A stretch of 64,000 bases of DNA from the NCBI GenBank assembly GCA_012295275.1, contig CM022665.1, positions 10,540,001 through 10,604,000 of the forward strand. The letters are read 5' to 3'. The DNA comes from Chrysomallon squamiferum. Taxonomy: Eukaryota > Animalia > Mollusca. Below the pieces are notes generated by a model. That model searched no databases, was not told the DNA's origin, and saw only the letters and a program-made list of their open reading frames with translations. This document shows, one piece after another, positions 53,684 through 64,000 of the stretch. A program made the translations under genes and the position numbers. Numbering within the stretch: position 1 is the stretch's first letter; each line of letters begins with the position of its first letter.

Positions 53684-54923
53684 GTGTGTGTAATTAGAAG
53701 TAGATTAAACCCAATAAAACAACCTTTATATCCATTATTCAAATAATTAAAAATAATAATAACAAAATAAAATAAAATAAAATAACTGTTTTAAAATAAC
53801 CACATGCCACCCAACTCAGTCCCATGCAGTCTTTGTTAATTGGTAAAATATTTAACAATAAACTGTTATATATACCAATAAGTAAAACCAGCATAACAAA
53901 AGATTAGGGGGATTTTTTCTGCAGTGTTAATAAAACCTGAACCCCAGATTGTAACAGGCTAATGGGCTGAAGTCCAATATTTAGATCACAAATATAACCT
54001 TCTTCAGTGATTTTCCCATTCCAGCCACAGCCCACTGACTGGTTTATCAAAGGCCATACATAATATGTGCTTTACTGTTAGTGGAAAGGTGCATATTAAG
54101 GAACTTTTCCTGATTAATTAATAAGAGTAGGCAATGCAATTGCAGCAAAGTTTTTTATTACTCATCTTTAATTATAAGAAGATGTATCTCCTTATAAAAT
54201 ATCACTTTAAAAAGTTAATTATTTATTCTTTTTTATTTTATTTTATTTTATTTTTTTTCATTTGAAAAAAACATAAAAACAACCAAATAAAGCACACACA
54301 CCCCCATTAAAATAGGAAATACAATGAGTACAAATAAAATAGAATATTCATGAATGAATGAATGAGCATTTCAAAACATTTCTAAATAAGCAGAAATAGT
54401 TAAAATTTGTCATCAGGCACATTATTCTTATTTTATAATAATAAAAGAATAAATTATTAATGATTTACAGCAGGGTATCTTTACTTATGTGTCTTCTCAT
54501 AAACAGGAAAGATAACAACAGGGCATTTGATAAAACCAGCTGCTGGAATGGGTTATGTAGTGAATAACACAACTTGTATACTGACAAACACACCTGAACC
54601 ATTAAAGTCGACTCAACTTATACATTAATGTTTATTAAAATTATGCAGCGAGTTTTTCATTCAAGATCACCATATGTCACTTACCAATTTACATACAAAG
54701 CACCAAATTCAATTTATACATTTTCTAATAAACTGTACTTTCATTAACATGTATCAGGAATAGAAAAATTCTGCATAAATCTGATGCTTTTTATCATTTG
54801 AGTTTTTGAAATAAACAGCAGTTACATTTTTCTGTAAAACTGGAGTTTGAAACCGAAATTTATGAATATTCAAATAAAATATACAATTTGTTGTTGTTGT
54901 CGTTGTTGAGGGCTTTTCTTTGT

Positions 54924-54963
<40 letters not shown>

Positions 54964-55264
54964 GTTGGGTAGGTGAAAAATAATGGAGTTGGATTGCATT
55001 GACCAGATCACCAAGTCTTTTTATTAATAATATAAAGTTAGGTCTTACCTATACGCTTTGAAGTTCGAACATCACATCATTATATATATTCAAGTATGTC
55101 TGTTAAGTTTTTCAGATAATCAAAAATAAAATAATAATAATAAATAAGTAAATAAAAACATGTATATTCACAACAAACCTTGAAGTTCAAACTGAATTCT
55201 TTGAATATTAAGAAAAATTATAATGTTTGAAAATAATGAGAAAATTACAAATAATATGTCACAT

Positions 55265-55303
<39 letters not shown>

Positions 55304-57821
55304 TGCAAAAGTCAAAAAAAAAAAAAAAAATGTTCTGATAAGATACACAGTTTCAAGAGTAAATGTAAAATGTTGCACAGTGCTGTCACTGGGTCTATTA
55401 GAGTTCCATAAATACTAAATACTAATAACACAGACATGCACAACTTCAAGTTTGAACACAATATTTAGAGCATTCAGAAAAAAAAAAAACACAACATCAA
55501 AAATGTGCAAATAATGCAGATTATGTTGTTTAATGAGTTTCAGATAATAAACACTTTTTACACTGACATGCAAAGCTTATGTTTTAAATACCACATTATG
55601 AAATGTTCAGATAATTAAAAAAAAAAAAAAATGTTTTAAATTAAAAATTTCAAGAAGTGTATAAATAATGAAGTTTATGATGTGTGACCATGTTGCAGTG
55701 TTTATCACTTTATGAATTAATAATTTAGTACATTTGCATGCAAACACCAGTTAAAACGAACTGAAATACTTGCAAGAAAGATAAACTAAGTGACAGTGAT
55801 GCTTTTTCACCTCTAACTCATCAGACTCAAGTATTAAGGCAACATCTTCTTTTGTTACATCCAGTAACTAGTTATTGGGGAAAAAGTAACAAATATTTTA
55901 ACTACTGAAATGATTTATAAATTTTATAACTGGTTCAGTTAATAACAGCAATAATTAACTGAAAAGGAGAAAAATTTAGGTATTTTGTTTTAATAAAAGA
56001 AAGAAGGAGGGAATATCACATAATTTCTTAATTTGTATGAAGAAATGTATCTTATATTTAGATAATTTTAGATTGTTTTTCATCTGAAAGTAATTATCCA
56101 TCTTCCAAAATCTTAAAGTAAAATTTAATTTTAAAATAATAAACAAAACATAATACGATCAATATTAAGAACAGTTACTGACATCCATGGAAAATGGGTG
56201 GGATAAAATTAATTTATATGTTAATAAAAAGATATATATCAGTATATTAAAAGAATAAATTATAAATTGTTATAAATATAAAAAAAAAAAAATATTATCA
56301 AAGAAGAAGACATTGTAAAATAAAGACAATGAACTGTTTTAGTTTTTTCTTGAAAATTACTGAGGCAAAGTAAAATCTGATGTTTGTACTAAAGAAAAAT
56401 TAACATATTCATTATATCAGAAATGGGCGTCATAGTCTGTCATGATGGCTAACCATAATAAATTAGTGTCATTTTATTAAAATTCTTATAATTATTCACA
56501 CCTGAAAGAAAAATATATAGCAAGTTTGCATTTACATTTATCATGATTTATTTGTAACATGGTAAATATATAAAACAATGAGCCATGTTCAAATAAATTA
56601 ATAATAATAACAATAATAATAATAATAACAATAATAACAATAATAATAATAATTAGAGTAATAATAAGAAGAATAACAATAATTATTATAAAAACACCTT
56701 ATATTCATTAGTAAATAAAATAAATAATGTATCTAATTATAAGCTTAAAAAATAATTAATTGCTTTAAATCATTGTAATATAAGAATATTATTAATTACA
56801 CTTTGCTAAAAAAACATTCAGATATTTTTTTTAAATTACCGTATATACTTGTGTACAAGGTGACCTTATGTATAAGTCGATGTGTATTTTAAGACCAAAA
56901 ATTGCGTCATTTTAGGTATTACTTGTGTATAAGTCGACTGTAGATTCCAGGCACTGTCACTTTGTTTTCGATTTGTCGGTAGTGGATATTAATGACGATT
57001 GCAATATTATTTCACCAAATTCTTTACAATTACACAAGTGAGTTTTGTTTATGAAATTAGGACCGATATTTAGTGCAATTTGGCAGAGAAGTCTGCATTC
57101 CTAGATCATTGCAAGACCCCATAAGGCATAACGCCGTACTGACGTTTTTTCGCTTTAAAATGTATTTTTATGTCATTAAACGGAAGAATATCATGCTTTA
57201 CATTCATATTTGGTTTTTTATTTAATTTTTCAAAGTTTTTTATATGATAAAATTATATTTTTGAAAAGCTGAAAAACCGCGATTATTTTAGATGCATCCC
57301 GTAGCAAAAAATAGTCAAAATGGTGACTCTTCAGCAACAGCTACAAAAGCATTACCTATGTATAAGTCGACCCCCAAAATATTACCTTAATATAGTCTCC
57401 CAAAAATTCAACTTATACACAAGTATATACGGTACTTTTATTTAAAATTTCGTCTTTCATATTAACTAAATACAAAACACACCTATAATTTACCAACAAC
57501 AACTGCTTATTTTATTTTCTTGAAATGTTATATTTTACATTCCAATATATTTTGAGTAAATTGACCATTTTACTCATCTTCAACAAAAGTTATGTAAAAT
57601 AAAATCTTTTGATAATAATAATCACAGTTCATAAAAATTTAATTCAGACATTTTAATTCATCTTTTAACATCTTTTTTTGGAAAAGTGGACACAAGCCAC
57701 TAAGAGATATTTTTCATTAAACAAACATGTCTTTGTAATGGCATAAAATAAATTATATAAAGTAGAAATGATTTCATGAACTTGAAATGTGTATCTATTT
57801 TATTTATTTATTTACTTATTT

Positions 57822-57864
<43 letters not shown>

Positions 57865-58571
57865 TTAACCATTACAAACTGGATAAATAAAATGGCTAAA
57901 TGCAAAGAAGGAAAAGAACAAACACAAATCAGTGACTCGAAAAAAAAAACTCAGGCAATTCAATTTTTACTGAACACAAATGCCAATAACACCAGTCTAG
58001 CTAAACAAATTATTAACATGCCAGATGGAACACATCAATAGCATTCATAAAAAAAAAAAAAAAAAAAAAAAAAATTAAAAAAATGTTTATAATAATGCTT
58101 TTCATAAAATCATAATTTCTCATAAAACAACAAAATACAGCACACAACTTACACTTTCTGTTTTTTGTGGCAAAGAACCAGCATCACCTTTACCTCCACC
58201 ATTTACACCTAGAAAAAATGCAAGATGATAAATTGAAATGTCATTTTAAAAAATATCTGTTGTAAGTTTTTCTAGGACAATTAAAATGTAAGAAAATAAC
58301 TTTATTAAAATTTTAAAAAGAAAATACAAATGTGCTGTACATAAAACTTACCAGTCTTTCTTCTTCTATACTTTATGTTATTTACTTATTTACATCTTTT
58401 TTTCTTTTTATGTTAATAATTGATGACTGTCTTGTAAAATTTAAATTTTGAACAGATGAGAATAAATGTAGTTATTTTAACAATTATGTTTTAATCTGAC
58501 AGCATTAATATATACACATGCACATGAATACCATTCATTTAAAAAAATAAAATTAAAAATCCAGAAACTAA

Positions 58572-58620
<49 letters not shown>

Positions 58621-61230
58621 GAACACATACACTTAACTAATATTAAATCCAGAAATATTGTCATTTCTGCATGTAGTTAAGGATATACATTAAAGAAATT
58701 GTTAAATGTACCACAACCAACTGACATCAGAATCACCTAAAAGTTTTGCAAATAACACTGGGCGTGTCACCAGTTTTAACAATTTCATTTTCTTTTTAAC
58801 ATAATCATAATATCCTACCAAAACATATTATTTCTGTAAATATATCCCTATCATTATCCTTTTTCTTTTGTATCTATCTAAAGTCTTAAGATATATTTTT
58901 ATAATAGAAAAACATGCCTGCTTATGATAATTTATTTTAAATCTACTCAGTAAAAGCTACAAAACATTATTGATTTATAAGAATACATGTCCATTCTTAT
59001 CCTATTTTCTTTTAAATGTACATAATGTTCACATATATAGATTAACAACTCTAAACACTTCGTTTCACTTATTCAGTTTCAGTAAAAACTTGAAACATGT
59101 ATGAATATAGATTTGTAATTTAAAATGTAAAAAAAGGTTTACAAAAGAAAATTTCATACCTATGTTTTTCTCTGACAACATCTCAGCACACTAATGTATA
59201 TAAATGCTAATCATACTAACTGCACATCCTACTGGTATCAAACTAAGTATGAATGATCAGCAGTCAGCTGTTTGTTTGACATCATCAGTGTACAGAAGCA
59301 GAAAAATCTATAACTGTTTGCAGTACTACAGAACCATTGTGAACAGTTTAGATCAGTGATTCCAAAACACACTGGGTTTATGACCCTCTTGCTCCTTAAC
59401 TATAGCACAAATGACGCTTATCTTTCTAGCAATTATTTATATTATTTTTTTTTTTCATAATTAGGGCAGTAATTTATGTACTAGCAAGGAGTTAGAACGT
59501 TTCATGAGATTGTCAGCTAAAGTTAGTGAATGTTTATACATTTGCACATGAATTACTTTGAAAAAATGCTTTTCGATATCATCATGGTCATGGTCATGGT
59601 CATCCTCATCATCATCATCAACATCATCTAAGGGTTGTATGCCAAATTTAGGTTTTTAGGACATACTTGATATTACAGATTAAATCACTGGTATAATAAA
59701 TTCAGTTTTTGATAGGTGCTACACTAACTAATAATCTTGTAACTTAAGATCTCTCCTATGTTCATCACCTGCAAATTATTCAAACCATCCACAATCTTTA
59801 TACAAATAAAGAATTTATTGGATTTATTTTGATAAATGACAACATAGCATAATGTTTTGGTTCTGTCTTGCAAAACAAGAATCATCTTTCCAAAATGAGA
59901 CCTTGAAGTACTATTACTTAAGACATGAATTAATAAAACACTTGCTCATGTTTTTATTAAAATCCCTACAAAGCTGACAACCAAGGACTTTGATTGTACC
60001 GAATGTTTTTTCATAAATGATTTGATATATACACTGCATAAAACAGTTTCAGTGTCATAACAGAAGGTAAGCCCAAGCAACAACTAAAACAGAAAATAAA
60101 TCACAAAACAACAACCTGTAACAAAATAATGTTTTTTTTTTTTTTTTTTTTTTGTATGTGTGTATGTATATGTGGGGTGGTCTTTGTAATTCTTATTATT
60201 AAAGGAAATAGTTAAAATGTCAAATATATCTGGATTGTATTGTAGAGAGTAATTAAAAATAAATACATTCATCATTAAATTCGATATTTAACAAATCTGG
60301 TTTTGCAATGCTTAATTTAGTAAAAAAAAAGAAAATCACACACACACACATGCACACACAAAGAATAGAAAAAAAGAATTATCATACTGTATCAAATTTA
60401 GTAACAAAAAAAACTAACTGTAATAACAAAATACACCCACAACATTTGACTAAATTGTTTCCAGTACTGAACAAAAAAAAAAGAAAAAAATCTGTCCTAT
60501 AAAAAGAAAAAAAAAGAGAGAAAGCAAAAGAAAATTAAGGACTTTTACATATTTCCACATCATTTTCAACATCATTCATGAGCAAAAGGCAAGTACCAAA
60601 TAAATTGATTTGCACCAACTGTGTACTGGACCTAAAAGCAGCTCTCTGTGTATTATGTTGCAGTGTTAGACTAAGTCTGTATTATGTGAATACTTTACTA
60701 AGCTGCAGTGTTAGTCTAGGTCTGTATTATGTGAATACTTCACTAAGCTGCAGTGTTAGTCTAGGTCTGTATTATGTGAATACTTCACTAAGCTGCAGTG
60801 TTAGTCTAGGTCTGTATTATGTGAATACTTTACTAAGCTGCAGTGTTAGTCTAGATCTGTATTATGTGAATACTTTACTAAGCTGCAGTGTCAGACTAGG
60901 TCTGTATTATGTGAATACTTTACTAAGCTGCAGTGTTAGTCTAGGTCTGTATTATATGAATACTTTACTAAGCTGCAGTGTTAGTCTAGGTCTGTATTAT
61001 GTGAATACTTCACTAAGCTGCAGTGTCAGACTAGGTCTGTATTATGTGAACACTTCACTAAGCTGCAGTGTCAGACTAGGTCTGTATTATGTGAATACTT
61101 TGTTAAGCTGCAGTGTTATGTAAAAGCTACAGTGTTATGCCACTGTTTACAGCAGGTTTACCTCCAAATCCTGGCTGAGTGAAGCGGTTGTCAGCATCAT
61201 GATGAAATCCTTCATTAACAATACCTTGTT
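26433..61230 (-). CDS. Anoctamin / TMEM16 family Ca2+-activated scramblase/channel (ANO3-7-like; 5'-partial; 25 exons; one apparent 1-nt frameshift)
   Basis: Exons high to low: 61162-61230, 58153-58208, 52747-52911, 48721-48819, 47351-47481, 43254-43369, 42668-42723, 42322-42378, 41955-42019, 41119-41253, 40482-40651, 40176-40255, 39750-39811, 33109-33183, 32543-32707, 32213-32249, 31635-31746, 30738-30795, 30167-30264, 29668-29798, 29185-29337, 28048-28100, 27492-27679, 26850-26943, 26433-26639 (TGA). Motifs: [106 protein letters not shown]. Ca2+-binding residues (NNFVE, EYLE, EIRLD) are intact. Confidence 0.95.
26708..26781. repeat. (GTA/GTG)n compound microsatellite
   Basis: Imperfect trinucleotide array in the last anoctamin intron. 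Confidence 0.85.
32379..32442. repeat. (TC)n microsatellite
   Basis: About 32 units. Confidence 0.95.
39750..39811 (-). CDS. Anoctamin exon with 1-nt deficit (62 nt where 63 is expected)
   Basis: [13 protein letters not shown] is followed by in-frame TAA at 39755-39757. One extra A restores ...[10 protein letters not shown]|REEPYLP. Confidence 0.85.
40790..40925 (-). mobile_element. SINE-like repeat relic
   Basis: AGCAGAAAGTGATCTTT...CCACAGACAGGAAATCATATACCATGG...CCAGTC...CAATGGATCCAC aligns by eye with the 54460-54553 copy. Confidence 0.5.
46095..46445. mobile_element. Decayed Tigger/pogo-like MITE
   Basis: Repeated GGATTTTGGA-like subterminal motifs (46170-46200, 46395-46425) and the end ...GAGATGCTCAGCCTAGATA resemble MER46/Tigger-type termini from memory. 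The left TIR is poorly preserved. Confidence 0.4.
50715..51085. repeat. Degenerate about 45-bp tandem repeat
   Basis: Recurrent AAAAATGTAC(TG/AG)CAGTATTATTTTATTTAAACA units. Confidence 0.7.
53629..53679. repeat. (TG)n microsatellite
   Basis: About 25 units. Similar (CA/TG)n arrays at 26994-27057, 29855-29891, 29976-30021, 38095-38130 and 58573-58618. Confidence 0.95.
54010..54150 (+). mobile_element. SINE-like interspersed repeat relic
   Basis: Core CCCATTCCAGCC...CTGGTTTATCAAAGGCC...CTTTACTGTT recurs, diverged, at 13505-13565 (+), about 46755-46880 (+), 40790-40925 (-), 47790-47850 (-) and 54460-54553 (-). Confidence 0.55.
54460..54553 (-). mobile_element. SINE-like repeat relic (inverted copy)
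   Basis: Reverse complement CCCATTCCAGCAGCTGGTTTTATCAAATGCC...CTTTCCTGTT matches the 54010-54150 copy. Confidence 0.55.
56839..57432. mobile_element. Non-autonomous DNA transposon (MITE, 594 bp, Tc2/pogo-like ends)
   Basis: TA|CCGTATATACTTGTGTACAAGGTGA ... TCAACTTATACACAAGTATATACGG|TA: 25-bp TIR with 2 mismatches and TA target duplication. Internal TGTATAAGTCGA repeats at about 56869, 56926 and 57359. CpGs retained. Confidence 0.9.
58153..61230 (-). CDS. Anoctamin N-terminal low-conservation exons (61162-61230, 58153-58208)
   Basis: cacag|...[22 protein letters not shown]|gtaaac (phase 1-1) and ctag|[19 protein letters not shown]|gtaagt (phase 1-0) chain in frame into the phase-0 exon [13 protein letters not shown]. 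Confidence 0.7.
60646..61118. repeat. 45-bp minisatellite, about 10.5 copies
   Basis: Unit TCTGTATTATGTGAATACTT(T/C)ACTAAGCTGCAGTGT(T/C)AG(T/A)CTAGG. Nine complete units (60676-61080) plus partial flanking units. Confidence 0.97.
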
Positions 61231-62392
61231 CTGTGAGAACAAACATCAAACAAGCAACACAAAAATTAAACACAACACAAAATAAACAGAGATGAAGACA
61301 ATTAACTGATGTGTTAACCAGGTTGTGGGGGAAAAGGGCTCAGTTTTAGAGTAACGTGTTTTAAGAAAAGATTCATTTCTGTTCATTGGTGTGGTTGACA
61401 GGTTTTACACATTTATCATCATTATATCAGAAACAGTATTGTCTGATGTCAAAATATTAATAATGAAATTATTTGTTAAATTTTAAAATATGAAATAAAG
61501 ATCATTATCTTCACCTCTGGATATTTAATTCACATCAAATTTCTTAGCATGCAGTTAAATTATCAAAAAAAAATTAGTGGGAATAATTATAATGAACAGT
61601 TCACAAAAGGAACATATTTACTGTGAACTAATTAATTTTTTATAATTAATACAGCAGTCATATTTTATTTTAGAAATGTTCAGAATATTTTTCAGTACTA
61701 TTATTCCTCAATAATTATGCCCACCAGTAACAATTATTTTTGATTGTTATTTATTTTAAGTTTCTAACATAATTAGTAAAACAGTACATGCTAAAAATAA
61801 ATTATTTTCTATGCACCAACATGCATATTCTGTAATGCATTCTGTAACAAAAAAAACGTTTAATGATAATTATTAATAACTGTAACTTTTAAACAAAAGT
61901 TATCAAATGCAAATTTTATTTTCCCTTTTAAATTTTTTTTTTTTTTTTTTTTTTTTTTTATTATTATATTTATTATTTACATTTTATTTACTTATTTATT
62001 TATTCATTTTTTTTTTTTTTTTTTTTTTTATTTATTATTATTATTGTATATTTGTTTTGTGGAGGTTTTTTGGTGTCTGTTTTTTTTTGTTTTTTTTGGT
62101 TACGTTGTAAAACAATACACATATTTTTTAAAAAGAACAGCAAACAAACAAACAACATGCTGAATCATTTTGGCTTATATCTTTTTAATATAATGGCATT
62201 TTATGATGGGGGTTTTATTTCAGTTATTGAGAAAGTAACATTAAAAAGAATATTGTAGTCCATGGTGCTTTTAATGTTATGAGAAAGAGTCAGATAAATA
62301 GACAGGCAGACTGACTTATTTTATCTTTAGAGTGGTTTTTTAAAAATAAATTATTGCTGTTTTGTAATAAACTCATATTTCTGTAAACATCG

Positions 62393-62506
62393 CACAAACA
62401 CACAAACACAAACACACACACATACAAATGTATACAAACACACACATGCACACACACACATACAAACACACACACACACAAACACACACACAAACACACA
62501 CGCATA

Positions 62507-62539
<33 letters not shown>
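62393..62539. repeat. Imperfect (CA)n microsatellite
   Basis: Interrupted CA array; source of the three CV-rich ORFs. Confidence 0.9.
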
Positions 62540-62543
<4 letters not shown>

Positions 62544-63039
62544 TAGAGGATATGACAATGTACTGTGAAATTTCCAAGGATTCAAACATTTATAAAGGTT
62601 AAGAATCTGTATTTAGAAAGATGCATATAAATGATAACAGTAGGCCATGGGCTGGCTGAACTGAGTTTCATCTCTCAGATATATTCATTATGCAAAAACA
62701 ATATATGTTTGACATCTGACAAGATTTAACATTAAAATATGCTAAAGTGTCAGTAACTGTTCAGAATAAGATAAAACTGTAGCAGATTCACATGACAGAT
62801 ATAACTAGCCAATACAATAACTGAGTGATCAAACTCTTTAAAAGGTAATAAAAGTCTTCTATTATTATTTTTTTATTATTATTCATAATTTTAGTTCATT
62901 TTATTTGTTTATTTTTTTTTTTTTTTTTTTGATTAGAACCAAACTGTTAAAAATGTGATAAAAATCCTTGAAATTTTTTTTTATTATTATTATTATTTTC
63001 TAAATTTAATCATTTATTTCTATAAATTTTATAAATTTA

Positions 63040-63041
<2 letters not shown>

Positions 63042-63094
<53 letters not shown>

Positions 63095-63100
63095 TTAATA
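63042..63100. repeat. (TAA)n microsatellite
   Basis: About 17 units. A similar array lies at 34998-35041. Confidence 0.9.
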
Positions 63101-64000
63101 ATGATAAAAAAAATGTTATCATTATTACTGAATTATTAAATCTAACTTATTTAATTAAGCTTTTCTTTCAGTGTGTCTCTTGAAATAATCATAAAATAGG
63201 TACATACAAATTTAATTAAAAAAAAAATTAATTTAATTTTGAATTTGTTGGTATTTCACATTTACTATACATTTAGGTTATTCTCCTACAAAATCTGGCT
63301 ATTTACTGGATCTCTCATTACATATTTCAATATTAATCCTGATGGTCTATCAAATTCACTGAAAAATGACTTTCTGTCAACAAAGCTATCTGGAGAATAC
63401 AAGAAACAAAATACTGAGAATTTTAAAATCAACATAAAAAAAACAAAAAAAAAACAACAACACAATGTTCAAAAATACATTTTCATTTGTATTTCAACAC
63501 TAGCTCAGTCTCATAACATAACACTCTGACATATAAACTATTCCCATGCCGAGAATAAACATGTAATTTGATAACTGATATGAGTGCCAATATTTCAACC
63601 ACAAATGTCACATGTTGACAGAAATATCCATCAACACAACAGAATTGAAATGTTGGTATTGTTTTGCCTGATTATAATTATCACAGTTACCTGCTGATAT
63701 TTTTTCCTAGAATTAAAAATTTTTAAAAAAAAACTGGGTGTTTATTGCTTGTTTGTTTTTGTTTCTTTGTTTTCTGCTGAAGTTGTTTTTGTATCTAGTG
63801 AACTCTAGAAGTCATTATTATTGCTATTTTTTGTTGTTGTTGTTTTCTTTAAAGGTTTGATGTAATTTTGAGTGAAATTCAAATTTTAATTAATCCTTAT
63901 TAAATAATAATAATAATAATGTTAATAATATTTTAATGGCTATAACATTTTGTGTTAAAAAATATTTAGACAACTTATAATTTTTACCCTCTTCACACAC

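Noticed and set aside
59354-59400. hAT/Charlie-like terminus CAGTGATTCCAAAAC...GGGTTTATGACCC
   Set aside because: Only one degenerate end was found, with no partner TIR or TSD.
60578-61123. 181-aa ORF ([15 protein letters not shown] repeats), or a CRISPR-like array
   Set aside because: The ORF is open only because the repeat period (45) is a multiple of 3. Units are contiguous with no unique spacers, and the context is a eukaryotic intron.
1123-63529. Most ORF-track entries (poly-L, poly-F, poly-K, CV, SL, IYLF repeats)
   Set aside because: They are translations of microsatellites and homopolymers. The rest are real exons read through into introns.

Overview
AT-rich, microsatellite-rich animal genomic DNA; invertebrate/lophotrochozoan, possibly a gastropod (inference only). 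It holds two convergent multi-exon genes. (1) An OCRL/INPP5B-type inositol polyphosphate 5-phosphatase on the + strand: 24 exons traced by hand, 948..16702, about 868 aa in the window, 5' end upstream, domain order PH, 5-phosphatase, ASH, RhoGAP-like. It has two U12-type (minor spliceosome) introns, one AT-AC and one GT-AG. (2) An anoctamin/TMEM16 gene on the - strand: 25 exons traced, 61230..26433, 5' end beyond the window. One exon is one base short in an A6 run, giving an in-frame TAA. The introns carry a fossil Tc1 transposase, a TA-flanked MITE, SINE-like relics, and mini- and microsatellites. Best leads: the U12 introns, the anoctamin frameshift (probably an assembly error), frame-preserving microexon candidates of 6, 9 and 27 nt, decayed copies of exon starts upstream of real exons, and a 109-nt G.U-rich hairpin between the genes. 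Most ORF-track entries are simple-repeat artefacts or exon read-throughs. No prokaryote-type system is present. Homology statements come from recalled family motifs, not database searches.
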